Shown here: positions 39,313 to 47,711 of the stretch, piece by piece
Position numbering within the stretch: the stretch's first letter is position 1
Layout: every line of letters starts with the position of its first letter
Source of the DNA: Escherichia phage Ec_Makalu_002
Reading direction: 5' to 3' (one strand)
Sequence record: MN709127.1
DNA length: 64,000 nt
Translations under genes and position numbers: made by a program
The notes under the pieces: model-generated
What the model saw: only the letters and a program-made list of their open reading frames with translations
The model's database searches: none
What the model was told of the DNA's origin: nothing

Positions 39313-39594
39313 TTAACCATTAATCTTGTTTTTGACTACAAAGGATCGGAACTCATCAAAGCCACCGATATAATCACCATTATAGAAAATCTGCGGCATG
39401 GTGGCAATAACTTCTACCCCTGCGCGATCCTGAATATCGGCAATGATAGAATCAATCTTTACAGGGCGACCGTTTTCGTCCACACCATCATTAACAGGAA
39501 TATAGATGTAAGGGATCTTGCGCGATTCACAAAGGCGCTTTGCGTTCTGGCAATACTTACAGTTGTAACCTTCAAAACCAAAAATTTCTACCAT
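39313..39594 (-). CDS. nrdC: thioredoxin/glutaredoxin NrdC-like
   Basis: CKYC active site, NAKRL, MPQIF..GGFDEF resemble T4 NrdC; ATG 39594. Confidence 0.7.
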   Translation of the reverse strand: MVEIFGFEGYNCKYCQNAKRLCESRKIPYIYIPVNDGVDENGRPVKIDSIIADIQDRAGVEVIATMPQIFYNGDYIGGFDEFRSFVVKNKING

Positions 39595-39602
39595 GTTATA
39601 CC

Positions 39603-40415
39603 TCAATCTACGTTAGTTACATAAACTTCTTGTGTATCAGAAGACTTGCCACCTGAACGATCTAGACAATAGGTCTTATTCAACAGGACGCAGTTTAAAT
39701 CATTCCGCTTGATAAAGTCAATAAGATGGTTATTGACCTTTCCCTTATGATGCGTGACATTACTGATACCAAACTGAACACCACGCGCCATAATAGATTC
39801 TACCCACCGATAGAATTTAATCTCTTCCTCATCACCCCAGAACTTATTATATTCAGCAGAAGTGATAAGGTACGGCGGGTCCAAATAAACAAAATCACCG
39901 GGCAAGATCTCGATCTCGTCATACCGTCCAGAAGTAAACTTGATTCGACCGTCTTTGGTTTCTTCCTTAAAATTCAAGACACGCTCTACCGCATTTTCGT
40001 TAAAAGTCCGGCGACCAAAGTTAGCATTAAATTCGCCCTTCCGGTTATGGCGGTTAATGTTGCTAAAACTATGCTGAATCAACACAAACAGCGATAGCGG
40101 ATCTGGATTCTCATTATACTTCTTACGGAATGCCATGTAAGCATCTTTATCATCACGAGACAAACCATTCTCGGAAATAATCCGCTTGATCGTAGAAACC
40201 GGGTCAGGACACGCATCAATGGCCTTGTAAGCGTCAATTAAACGATGGTCGTAGTCATTAGCCAGTACATCACCTTCAACATACAGAGACACGCTCAAGC
40301 CACCGCAAAAGGCATCAACAAAGCGGTTGTAGTGCTTAGGGAAATACTTACTAACACCAGGCAATAACTTTTCCTTATTGCCAGTATAGGGAATTAAACC
40401 TAATGCTTTCTTCAT
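39603..40415 (-). CDS. dam: DNA adenine methyltransferase Dam
   Basis: YTGNK, FVD.FCGGLSVSL and DPPY motifs resemble T4 Dam. Confidence 0.8.
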   Translation of the reverse strand: MKKALGLIPYTGNKEKLLPGVSKYFPKHYNRFVDAFCGGLSVSLYVEGDVLANDYDHRLIDAYKAIDACPDPVSTIKRIISENGLSRDDKDAYMAFRKKYNENPDPLSLFVLIQHSFSNINRHNRKGEFNANFGRRTFNENAVERVLNFKEETKDGRIKFTSGRYDEIEILPGDFVYLDPPYLITSAEYNKFWGDEEEIKFYRWVESIMARGVQFGISNVTHHKGKVNNHLIDFIKRNDLNCVLLNKTYCLDRSGGKSSDTQEVYVTNVD

Positions 40416-40846
40416 TATCCCTTCCTTAAATAAGTTCTTTCAGTTTCTACCAGTTCGAAAAATTCATCCCAATCACACGGAAAGTTACAGTTTCCAAAAT
40501 GGTCTTCGTTGTAGAGTTCTTCACCGGATGGCAACTTAATATCTGTTACAGTATACCAACCGCAGCAATCGCAATCACCCTCAACAACAGAAACCTTCGT
40601 AGGAATTTGCATCATTGCCAGATACAAAGGTACGTCAGACTGTTCAAAGATCATGTAACCTTCATGGTCAAACGAGACAAAATTGTCATCACCCAAAAAA
40701 GGAATGTAATGGTCATAATCGATGACAGGTTGACCGTGCAATTCCCATTCTACAATTTTAACAATACCACTAAACTTTATACCCATCATATCAACCATAA
40801 AATGGGTATCATCAATGTAAATCTTACTAGGTGTTGGATAAACCAT
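40415..40846 (-). CDS. hypothetical protein
   Basis: 143-aa ORF. Confidence 0.45.
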   Translation of the reverse strand: MVYPTPSKIYIDDTHFMVDMMGIKFSGIVKIVEWELHGQPVIDYDHYIPFLGDDNFVSFDHEGYMIFEQSDVPLYLAMMQIPTKVSVVEGDCDCCGWYTVTDIKLPSGEELYNEDHFGNCNFPCDWDEFFELVETERTYLRKG

Positions 40847-40856
40847 TATATAATCC

Positions 40857-41153
40857 TCATATCTCAGAGAATAGAATCTCTGTTAGCTTCACTGACTGCT
40901 CTCTGAATGTTAGCGTATACTCGAAAGGAAAGTCAACACCTAATTTCAGAAGAGAATAACCTACCGCCTCTTTATGCTTATCGGTTAGGGCGATCCTAAC
41001 CAATTCCCGTTGAATCTCTTTAGGCGGTGAATGGATAGTAACACGGGTATCATGTAATGTCCAGTCACCATTTCGAATTAAGATTAACGGTTTATCATCA
41101 TTGAAGATCACCGACCCCTTTCCGGTCGGTGAATGTTTTATATTAATCATCAA
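40857..41153 (-). CDS. hypothetical protein
   Basis: 98-aa ORF. Confidence 0.45.
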   Translation of the reverse strand: MMINIKHSPTGKGSVIFNDDKPLILIRNGDWTLHDTRVTIHSPPKEIQRELVRIALTDKHKEAVGYSLLKLGVDFPFEYTLTFREQSVKLTEILFSEI

Positions 41154-41364
41154 ATTCTAAGAAATATTCTGGAACGATATAACCGTTAAAGTCATTGCAC
41201 TTATAAAAATGTGGTGCATTTAATGCTTGATGAGCATTAGTAAAGAGTTCACCCTCTAGAAACAGAATGTAATTAATCGGTCTAATACCGACAGAATCAG
41301 GGTCTAAACCTTTTTCTTTCAGTTCAGCCAGCGTTAAAACTCGTCCAGATCTTAACTTAGCCAT
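41143..41364 (-). CDS. hypothetical protein
   Basis: 73-aa ORF. Confidence 0.4.
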   Translation of the reverse strand: MAKLRSGRVLTLAELKEKGLDPDSVGIRPINYILFLEGELFTNAHQALNAPHFYKCNDFNGYIVPEYFLEFDD

Positions 41365-41650
41365 GATTTACCCCCAATTCATCAAGATTATGTCGCAGCA
41401 TTTCAGAGTATTTTTCTACTTCCTTAATCTTAGTGTGGATCTCCACGATCTCATCCACACTATCAGAAATTTTAATGGCATTCGCGAGCGTGCTTTTACC
41501 CGCTTTCACAGTCTCTTTCATTTCAACCAACATGTCCGCGTGTTTCAATAGTAATTCTTCACGTCGAACATAGGCGACGGTCAAAGCCTCATCAGCAAGT
41601 TCTAAAGCATTTTCAGCGACACCAACAACCATTTTACGAGTAGACAACAT
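41357..41650 (-). CDS. hypothetical protein
   Basis: 97-aa ORF. Confidence 0.45.
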   Translation of the reverse strand: MLSTRKMVVGVAENALELADEALTVAYVRREELLLKHADMLVEMKETVKAGKSTLANAIKISDSVDEIVEIHTKIKEVEKYSEMLRHNLDELGVNHG

Positions 41651-41664
41651 AAATTCACCTCACA

Positions 41665-41973
41665 TTATTTCACGTTAACGCCGTCATCAATCCAGCCGAC
41701 GCTATTTGGTTTAACAGTTTTACCATAGGATGCATACTTAATCAAGCATGGTTTAACATCATTATCAAATCTTCCTAAGCGCACTCCCAAATCAGGAATA
41801 TCCATGTATGCGGCTTTATATCCCCATGTACAATATTCAGCATCAATCTCAACCGGACGGCCTTTAAAAGCATATACTACACCGTGACGGTCAACGATAA
41901 CATAGCGATAGCCAGCCGGAAGATACACAGTTTCGCCATAAACTTTAACTGGAGTAGCAGAAGAGATAAACAT
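41665..41973 (-). CDS. hypothetical protein
   Basis: 102-aa ORF; SD GAGGATTATATT. Confidence 0.45.
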   Translation of the reverse strand: MFISSATPVKVYGETVYLPAGYRYVIVDRHGVVYAFKGRPVEIDAEYCTWGYKAAYMDIPDLGVRLGRFDNDVKPCLIKYASYGKTVKPNSVGWIDDGVNVK

Positions 41974-42007
41974 AATATAATCCTCACATCGTTCATTTGA
42001 TGCGGCT

Positions 42008-42036
42008 ATTATAGGATAACCGCATTTTCATGTCAA
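42008..42036 (-). promoter_or_regulatory. sigma70 consensus promoter (TTGACA-N17-TATAAT), hairpin GCGG..CCGC
   Basis: minus-strand reading. Confidence 0.55.
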
Positions 42037-42044
42037 CTGTTTTT

Positions 42045-42419
42045 TTAAAAATCTTCTTCCGGTTTATATCGACAGTCGTCTTCTTTTTTTGGAGTAAATC
42101 CGGTATGCTTGCGCGGCTTCGCTTCCGGTTTACCCGCAATTGATAGACCAAACCATTTAAGAAGTTTGTATGAGTAAGCGATGACCACAACCACCCACGT
42201 TATAGGCCAGATGATTGCAGCAATACAAAATGCTCCTGTATCGACCTCTTTGGTGTCCTTGTCGAATCTGGCATACAAGCAGAATATAAGATACGAGATC
42301 ATTGCACCAGTAGGCCAAATATAAAGCACATTAACAATATCTTGTGTTGTCACATTATCCTCCTTACATGTCTTGCAGTGCGTAAAAGCATTTATCTTCA
42401 TAGTCATAGAAAATGTCAA
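42045..42419 (-). CDS. hypothetical membrane protein
   Basis: 124-aa ORF; overlaps upstream ORF by 56 nt so true start may be internal (42302). Confidence 0.4.
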   Translation of the reverse strand: MTFSMTMKINAFTHCKTCKEDNVTTQDIVNVLYIWPTGAMISYLIFCLYARFDKDTKEVDTGAFCIAAIIWPITWVVVVIAYSYKLLKWFGLSIAGKPEAKPRKHTGFTPKKEDDCRYKPEEDF

Positions 42420-42642
42420 AGTATGCTTTTTCTACATACTCGCCATTGATCCAAGCGGCAGTAACAATCAGGGTAGTCCAGTTAGATCCGCTCTCCACCG
42501 TAAAGGTTTTAATACCCAGCTTAACAGCCAAGTCACGAGCAAACTGATCGCAACCACGGCAGGAAGTGATATTGGAAGTTTTGATTTTGATGCCACCGCG
42601 AGTTTTAGAAATTTCTACTTTAGCGAAAGACAGGTTGCTCAT
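42364..42642 (-). CDS. hypothetical protein
   Basis: 92-aa ORF. Confidence 0.45.
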   Translation of the reverse strand: MSNLSFAKVEISKTRGGIKIKTSNITSCRGCDQFARDLAVKLGIKTFTVESGSNWTTLIVTAAWINGEYVEKAYFDIFYDYEDKCFYALQDM

Positions 42643-42684
42643 TTTGATTCTCCTTAAGAAAGTGTGTTTCGTTTTGATGTGTGT

Positions 42685-42713
42685 AGTATAGGGGATCGGC
42701 GATCCCCTGTCAA
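42685..42713 (-). promoter_or_regulatory. sigma70-like promoter (TTGACA-N17-TATACT), spacer palindrome GGGGATC..GATCCCC
   Basis: minus-strand reading. Confidence 0.5.
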
Positions 42714-42729
42714 CAACTTTTTTATGATT

Positions 42730-43050
42730 TTAGTGAATTAACTCTACACCAAAATGAGGCACAGAGAACGCATTACGAAACACATATTCACCATGTTTAG
42801 GAATCGCCCCTAACCGCTCTATTTCGCTCGCCATCACGATAAACTGTTTATCTGGTGCATATGCCTTGTGTGCTTCAACAACGCACGGAAAACGCGTTTT
42901 AGAGAGTTCTGGATAGTTTTCTGAATCCAGAAGGACAATGAATACCCTGTTACATTGATTGTAGAATCCTGTTTTTGATTTCATCAAGTTTTCTTCTATG
43001 TTCAAGTCGTGCAATCTTCTTTTCATGATTTCGTTGGTTCTTGTCTTCAC
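42730..43050 (-). CDS. hypothetical protein (possible 3' part of a frameshifted gene)
   Basis: 106-aa ORF overlapping 42950..43288 by 101 nt in another frame. Confidence 0.35.
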   Translation of the reverse strand: MKTRTNEIMKRRLHDLNIEENLMKSKTGFYNQCNRVFIVLLDSENYPELSKTRFPCVVEAHKAYAPDKQFIVMASEIERLGAIPKHGEYVFRNAFSVPHFGVELIH

Positions 43051-43288
43051 AGTTTACCCACTCAACAAGATCTTTACCTAACTCAAAAGCCCATTCTCGG
43101 TCTTGCTTTACGTTTTGTAGGTATGGACTTTCCGACACTCGACGAAGTGATGTTGTCGTAACAAGAATGATCCCAGGAATGGTCGGATGCTCCTTACCAT
43201 ATACAATCGGACGGGAATCCCTTTCGACACCTTGTAAGAAGGTGTATCCTGAATCATTCAGCAACAAATACATTTTCGGTTCGTTCAT
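42950..43288 (-). CDS. hypothetical protein (possible 5' part of a frameshifted gene)
   Basis: 112-aa ORF with low-complexity charged tail in the overlap. Confidence 0.4.
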   Translation of the reverse strand: MNEPKMYLLLNDSGYTFLQGVERDSRPIVYGKEHPTIPGIILVTTTSLRRVSESPYLQNVKQDREWAFELGKDLVEWVNCEDKNQRNHEKKIARLEHRRKLDEIKNRILQSM

Positions 43289-43554
43289 TACAGCTTCCTC
43301 AACCAGTTATTAAAGCGAGCAAACAATGATGCTTTTCGTGCTTCTTCTTCGGCTTTGCACGCACGCAAACCACTGAAACACCATTCATAATCATCACTGA
43401 AACATGATTCAACAGGAACACCCGCATTTCGTAGTTCTCTGGTCGTTATCATAAATCCTTGACATAATGGGCGACCTTCAACAATGATAGGAAGTTTAAC
43501 TTTTTTCATGAAAGTATACCCAGCACGGTCAATAATTTCAATTTTAATTTTCAT
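43288..43554 (-). CDS. hypothetical protein, small paralog family
   Basis: AGYTFMKKVKLPIIVEG..TTRELRNAGV resembles 45907..46128 product. Confidence 0.45.
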   Translation of the reverse strand: MKIKIEIIDRAGYTFMKKVKLPIIVEGRPLCQGFMITTRELRNAGVPVESCFSDDYEWCFSGLRACKAEEEARKASLFARFNNWLRKL

Positions 43555-43799
43555 TTTACGTTATCTCCATAGATCTTTCCATCAATATCAATTTCACCAG
43601 CGCGAACATCTAGGATAAGATGCGGTAGGTGTATGTAGTTTTCCCACCCTACGCGCTTCATTTCTTCTACGGTAACGTAAGCCCACCCGTTCGCTGTAAT
43701 AAAGTCTACTTCAACCTTGAGAGGAAAGCAAGACTTTTCTATGTCTTCGAATCCGACAATATGTTTTGTTGTTGAATATGGAATATATCCGGTGATCAT
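43551..43799 (-). CDS. hypothetical protein
   Basis: 82-aa ORF. Confidence 0.45.
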   Translation of the reverse strand: MITGYIPYSTTKHIVGFEDIEKSCFPLKVEVDFITANGWAYVTVEEMKRVGWENYIHLPHLILDVRAGEIDIDGKIYGDNVK

Positions 43800-44230
43800 T
43801 TTGTGATCTCCTTATACTCAACACACCATAAGCGGGTAGCCCATGATAAACGCTCATAACGCTGGCAGAAATCGGACCATAGATATTGTGCACCGTTCGG
43901 CATAGTTGAAATATGCGTTTTCTCTCCAACTTTCACGAAAGAAGTGTTCGATTTTGTGATCTCGACCGGAGTATATCCGAAAGCGGGTTCCAAGCCAACA
44001 TCTGAACTAAATGCCAATTTAACAGAATTTGTTTTTCTAACCGCTGTCCGGTTTCCTTCTGGGTATAGCACAGCAGGTTTAGCGCCTAAGCGGATAAACT
44101 CACTATTTTTAATAAACAGAATATCATGATAACCGTCATATTCCGACACTTCCATAGTAACAGGAAAATCGACATGTTCTAAACCTGGTAGATCTCGCAT
44201 ATCATAAAATGTAGCAATCAACTTTTTCAT
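43796..44230 (-). CDS. hypothetical protein (C-terminal domain duplicated in next gene)
   Basis: EITKSNTSFVKVGEKTHISTM..YLWSDFCQRYERLSWA matches 44241..44459 product. Confidence 0.45.
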   Translation of the reverse strand: MKKLIATFYDMRDLPGLEHVDFPVTMEVSEYDGYHDILFIKNSEFIRLGAKPAVLYPEGNRTAVRKTNSVKLAFSSDVGLEPAFGYTPVEITKSNTSFVKVGEKTHISTMPNGAQYLWSDFCQRYERLSWATRLWCVEYKEITK

Positions 44231-44240
44231 CTTGTATTCC

Positions 44241-44459
44241 TCACTCTTCTGTAATTACTTCATATTCAATTTTCCACACATCAATCGCCCAGCTTAAAAG
44301 CTCATACGATTTACAGAAAGATGACCAAATATACTGTTTTCCGTGCATCGTTGTTATGTGTGTATGCTCGCCAACTTCAACGAAAGACATATTTGACTTT
44401 GTGATAACTATAGGAATACGACCGAAAGGAGGCGGTATTACTGATTCGTTGGTCTTCAT
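44241..44459 (-). CDS. hypothetical protein, paralog of 43796..44230 C-terminus
   Basis: start ATG 44459 with the same 17-nt RBS segment (attcctcactcttctgt) as the neighbour. Confidence 0.45.
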   Translation of the reverse strand: MKTNESVIPPPFGRIPIVITKSNMSFVEVGEHTHITTMHGKQYIWSSFCKSYELLSWAIDVWKIEYEVITEE

Positions 44460-44469
44460 TCTATATTCC

Positions 44470-44706
44470 TCACTCTTCTGTTTCATTTCTTTTATATGGT
44501 ACTATAACAGGATTAAGACAGCAAGCACCAATTACGTTATGAGCACCACAATTTAAGCATTTATAATCATGGAACTTGTTAAGGAATCGACCGAACTCAT
44601 AACCGACTAACGCCGCGTGCACTTGAGTCTCGATCTCATCCATATCAGCCAATGTTTTAACCTTCATAATATAATCCTCAAATGGTAGTTTTGCGAAGAT
44701 GGTCAT
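44470..44706 (-). CDS. hypothetical Cys-containing protein
   Basis: 78-aa ORF; CLNCGAHNVIGACC. Confidence 0.4.
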   Translation of the reverse strand: MTIFAKLPFEDYIMKVKTLADMDEIETQVHAALVGYEFGRFLNKFHDYKCLNCGAHNVIGACCLNPVIVPYKRNETEE

Positions 44707-44968
44707 TACATGCTTTTAATGCATCAGTCGCTGTGTCATAACGAGTATTATCATAGCACCAGTAACCATCTATCAACTGATAAATTAATCCATCCTTTTT
44801 AGCTTCGATGAAAGACAATTCTTTGAAAGTTTCTACTTTCTTTGCTGATAATCCACGATCACGGCGCTTATAGAGTTTAGCTAAAATGCGTTCAGCTTGT
44901 TCCTCTTTATCACCAGACAGATCCCAAATAATGTTGCGGATATGTTTGATTAATTGTTCAGTGGTCAT
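44678..44968 (-). CDS. hypothetical protein
   Basis: 96-aa ORF; SD AAGGAGAA. Confidence 0.45.
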   Translation of the reverse strand: MTTEQLIKHIRNIIWDLSGDKEEQAERILAKLYKRRDRGLSAKKVETFKELSFIEAKKDGLIYQLIDGYWCYDNTRYDTATDALKACNDHLRKTTI

Positions 44969-44997
44969 CTTTGATTCTCCTTAGTTGGTATGTGTGC

Positions 44998-45025
44998 ATT
45001 ATAGCACTATGATTTTCATTGTCAA
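44998..45025 (-). promoter_or_regulatory. sigma70 consensus promoter (TTGACA-N16-TATAAT)
   Basis: directly follows terminator. Confidence 0.55.
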
Positions 45026-45030
45026 CAACT

Positions 45031-45064
45031 AAAAACAAAAAAGGCTACCCCGAAGGATAGCCCA
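45031..45064 (-). terminator. rho-independent terminator after the Gly-rich gene
   Basis: minus strand GGGCTATCCTTCGGGGTAGCCTTTTTTGTTTTT. Confidence 0.65.
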
Positions 45065-45069
45065 TAAAA

Positions 45070-45849
45070 TTACACGCGAGCACCATAGATCGTGCCTACT
45101 TTATCCCAGCGAGGGGCATTGCCAGTAACAGCCTTACCAGCCGCCCCGCCATTATATTCCGATCCCTGTCCACGGATATTACATTTACCACCAGCACCAC
45201 CAGCATCACCACCGTTACCGCCATTATATACACCGTTGACAGACCCTTTACCTGGCGCGGAAATAGTACCAGCAGTAGCACCCCGTTCCATATTAGCAGA
45301 CCCGCCAGCAGCACCAAACGGACGACCACCGCCACCACCAAAGGTTAATTTCATTTGTGACATAGGAGACCAGTATCCGCCGCCACCGCCGCCACCGCCA
45401 CCGCAAATAGCGCCGTTATTTGTGATGCGTAAGCGTGTGCCTATACCGTTGTTAATTGCATTACCACCAGCACCACCAGCGGAGTTATTGCCACCATTAC
45501 CACCACGCCCCCAAACATGAACACCGGGGTTAATGATCAATGTTACATATTCGTTTGTTAACGAGCTAGGGAAGTCAAGACAAGGAACGCCAGTAGAATG
45601 GGAAACAATATTACCTGTGATAGTAATTACTACCGGAGTAGATCCTTGTGCTTTCATCCAGTTAATAAGAGTGTCTTTATTGTAAGAGTTACTAGCACCA
45701 ATGCTATAATGAATCTCTTTAGAGCGTCCGACCATCGCTGACATATACGCCGGACGGCCTAAGCGTACAGCTTGCATTGCGGCGCTCATCCACCGTTGAC
45801 CTGTTTCTGATACGGCAGATGAACCGACCCACCCAGAAGATATTGCCAT
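45070..45849 (-). CDS. glycine-rich adhesin-like protein (gp38-type receptor-recognition protein?)
   Basis: 259 aa; GWVGSSAVSETGQRWMS N-terminus then glycine-rich motifs (GRGGNGGNNSAGGAGGN, GGGGGGGGGYW, GGGGGRPFGAAGG) alternating with variable segments, as in T2-type gp38. Confidence 0.55.
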   Translation of the reverse strand: MAISSGWVGSSAVSETGQRWMSAAMQAVRLGRPAYMSAMVGRSKEIHYSIGASNSYNKDTLINWMKAQGSTPVVITITGNIVSHSTGVPCLDFPSSLTNEYVTLIINPGVHVWGRGGNGGNNSAGGAGGNAINNGIGTRLRITNNGAICGGGGGGGGGYWSPMSQMKLTFGGGGGRPFGAAGGSANMERGATAGTISAPGKGSVNGVYNGGNGGDAGGAGGKCNIRGQGSEYNGGAAGKAVTGNAPRWDKVGTIYGARV

Positions 45850-45863
45850 AAAATTTCCTCACA

Positions 45864-45886
45864 AGAAAAGCCCCAATTAAGGGGCA
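45864..45886 (-). terminator. hairpin GCCCC..GGGGC plus T-run upstream of the Gly-rich gene
   Basis: minus strand GCCCCTTAATTGGGGCTTTTCTT. Confidence 0.5.
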
Positions 45887-45906
45887 TTGTTGATTGATAA
45901 TATTAC

Positions 45907-46128
45907 TTAGATGATCTCAGCTTCACCATTCAGGAAGAAAGACCAAGTTTTGTTTGGGTAACGACGCGCCCATGATTCGGCGGTTTTAACACCAGCTTCG
46001 AACAATTGACGGCTGGTTACTTTAGCCATACCATCTTCGATGGCAACGTTTTCAATAATCATCGGGTACTTAGCGCCACGCATGAAACCGAAGCCAGCGG
46101 AAGATTTGATAATTTTAACAGTTGCCAT
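45907..46128 (-). CDS. hypothetical protein, small paralog family
   Basis: AGFGFMRGAKYPMIIEN..TSRQLFEAGV resembles 43288..43554 product. Confidence 0.45.
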   Translation of the reverse strand: MATVKIIKSSAGFGFMRGAKYPMIIENVAIEDGMAKVTSRQLFEAGVKTAESWARRYPNKTWSFFLNGEAEII

Positions 46129-46169
46129 TTTTGATTCTCCTAGAAAGTGTATCTCGTTTCGATGGGTGT

Positions 46170-46198
46170 ATTATGCAATAACACCGGATCGCTGTCAA
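46170..46198 (-). promoter_or_regulatory. sigma70-like promoter (TTGACA-N17-CATAAT)
   Basis: CATCGAAAC box downstream. Confidence 0.5.
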
Positions 46199-46217
46199 CA
46201 CTTTCTAAGAAAATTTT

Positions 46218-46502
46218 TTAAATTAATCGAAGATAGCCCAGAATTTCAGCACCTTTAGCCAGACCTAAAACTTCCCAATCAAGGTCGCCGTAGTCATAAT
46301 TTGCAACCATCAGTTCACCATTTTTCATGCAGCAATCATGAGAGAAAATTTGCCCTGCATAAACTACGATAGTAATAAACTTTCCTGATTCTGGCGGTGT
46401 GGAAGACAAAGCGACCATATGACCATTCAGCTTAGTCACCAGTGACGGAACAATAAAATTCGGGCTTACCTGAATGCCGTTAAATTCGTTTGTGTCTTTC
46501 AT
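46218..46502 (-). CDS. hypothetical protein
   Basis: 94-aa ORF. Confidence 0.45.
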   Translation of the reverse strand: MKDTNEFNGIQVSPNFIVPSLVTKLNGHMVALSSTPPESGKFITIVVYAGQIFSHDCCMKNGELMVANYDYGDLDWEVLGLAKGAEILGYLRLI

Positions 46503-46849
46503 GCCATACCCCTTAAAACACTAATAGCATAATCATGCTGGTTATTCATAATATCAATTGCATTGTGATAACGAGCTAAACCATCAAGGATAAATTCTTG
46601 TTTATCTTGTTTCAGCTTAGTATCACGCGCAGCCATAAGAGCATCGAGAACAGGTCCAAAGTGATTGTCCAATTCATCTTCGGTTGCAATGTTTCCTATT
46701 GCCTCGTCGATCCGTGATTCTAATGCTTGCTTTTCGTTGATCACTTGCTGGGTATATTCCAGAACATCAAGAATATCGCGGGTAACGTCGCCATGATAAG
46801 GTATTCCCGCATGAAGATGATCAATTAATCGCTGAATATCAATGTTCAA
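46499..46849 (-). CDS. hypothetical protein
   Basis: 116-aa ORF; ATGA overlap. Confidence 0.45.
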   Translation of the reverse strand: MNIDIQRLIDHLHAGIPYHGDVTRDILDVLEYTQQVINEKQALESRIDEAIGNIATEDELDNHFGPVLDALMAARDTKLKQDKQEFILDGLARYHNAIDIMNNQHDYAISVLRGMA

Positions 46850-47184
46850 TTGTAGCCCTCCTCTGAAAGTACATCCCAGATAATCGGATCAAGGTGCATT
46901 AAATTCCACATAATAGAGTCATAACTACCGGAGCCATGAGTAAAAATTACATCACACTGGCGATAGGTCTTATGAAAATCGGTTGCACTCTTTGCATGAA
47001 TAGGCATATCGTCACCAGAAAGCACCAGACATTTAAGAATCATGATTCTGTTAGCGGATGGCGCGCCTTTAGTTGCTTCGGCGTATCTTTCGATGATCCG
47101 TTTCGCCTTTTCTTCGGTGATACGTCCAGACCAAATCCGGTTTCGGTATTGATTCATAATAATTTCAATCACATCATTTTGCAT
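46846..47184 (-). CDS. hypothetical protein
   Basis: 112-aa ORF. Confidence 0.45.
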   Translation of the reverse strand: MQNDVIEIIMNQYRNRIWSGRITEEKAKRIIERYAEATKGAPSANRIMILKCLVLSGDDMPIHAKSATDFHKTYRQCDVIFTHGSGSYDSIMWNLMHLDPIIWDVLSEEGYN

Positions 47185-47383
47185 TCTTTACAGTCTCCAT
47201 AATTGTTTTGTAAGCCAGTTTAAGATGATCACCGAAAAACTTTGCGGTGTTACCTTTCGGATCGCGAAGCATGGTTTCTACGATCTCATCGGCAGTAACA
47301 ATTTCTCCTTTCTTTGCTGCATGTTCTACCATATACTTCAAAGTTTCTTCGGAAGCAAGTGCTGCGGCTACTGGATTAATCAT
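47174..47383 (-). CDS. hypothetical protein
   Basis: 69-aa ORF; SD AAGGAGAA. Confidence 0.45.
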   Translation of the reverse strand: MINPVAAALASEETLKYMVEHAAKKGEIVTADEIVETMLRDPKGNTAKFFGDHLKLAYKTIMETVKNAK

Positions 47384-47412
47384 TTTGATTCTCCTTTGTT
47401 GTCGATGTGTGC

Positions 47413-47441
47413 ATTATGCTATACTATATTCCGGTTGTCAA
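47413..47441 (-). promoter_or_regulatory. sigma70-like promoter (TTGACA-N17-CATAAT)
   Basis: directly follows terminator; CATCGACAAC box. Confidence 0.55.
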
Positions 47442-47444
47442 CAC

Positions 47445-47480
47445 CTAAAAACGAAAAAGCCACCCTTTCGGATGGCTTTT
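47445..47480 (-). terminator. rho-independent terminator (GAAA tetraloop)
   Basis: minus strand AAGCCATCCGAAAGGGTGGCTTTTTCGTTTTT. Confidence 0.65.
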
Positions 47481-47711
47481 GATTATATTTTATTCACGTC
47501 CATTTGTATAGTAGTGTTTGAATCGACCTTTGCTAAACTAGTTAAACATAGTAACCAATTCACCATCCCTTTCCAATGATAACCCTTCCTCGTCTTAGAC
47601 GGGTCTTCCGATTCGGCAGTAATTGAACACGCGAAAGTATGAGGAAGCCAAATAGTTGTGTTAATGCTAGTATTCTTTTACTTCTGGTATGCATCCACCC
47701 TGTGACTAACA

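Noticed and set aside
45092-45520. Proline-rich 142-aa plus-strand ORF (PPPPPPPP runs)
   Set aside because: It is the antisense reading of the glycine codons (GGN read as NCC) of the minus-strand Gly-rich gene, not an independent gene
47481-47711. tRNA gene in the non-coding gaps (also 58272..58419)
   Set aside because: No canonical T-arm (GTTCRANYC) or D-arm signature found on either strand by eye; kept only as unclassified structured regions
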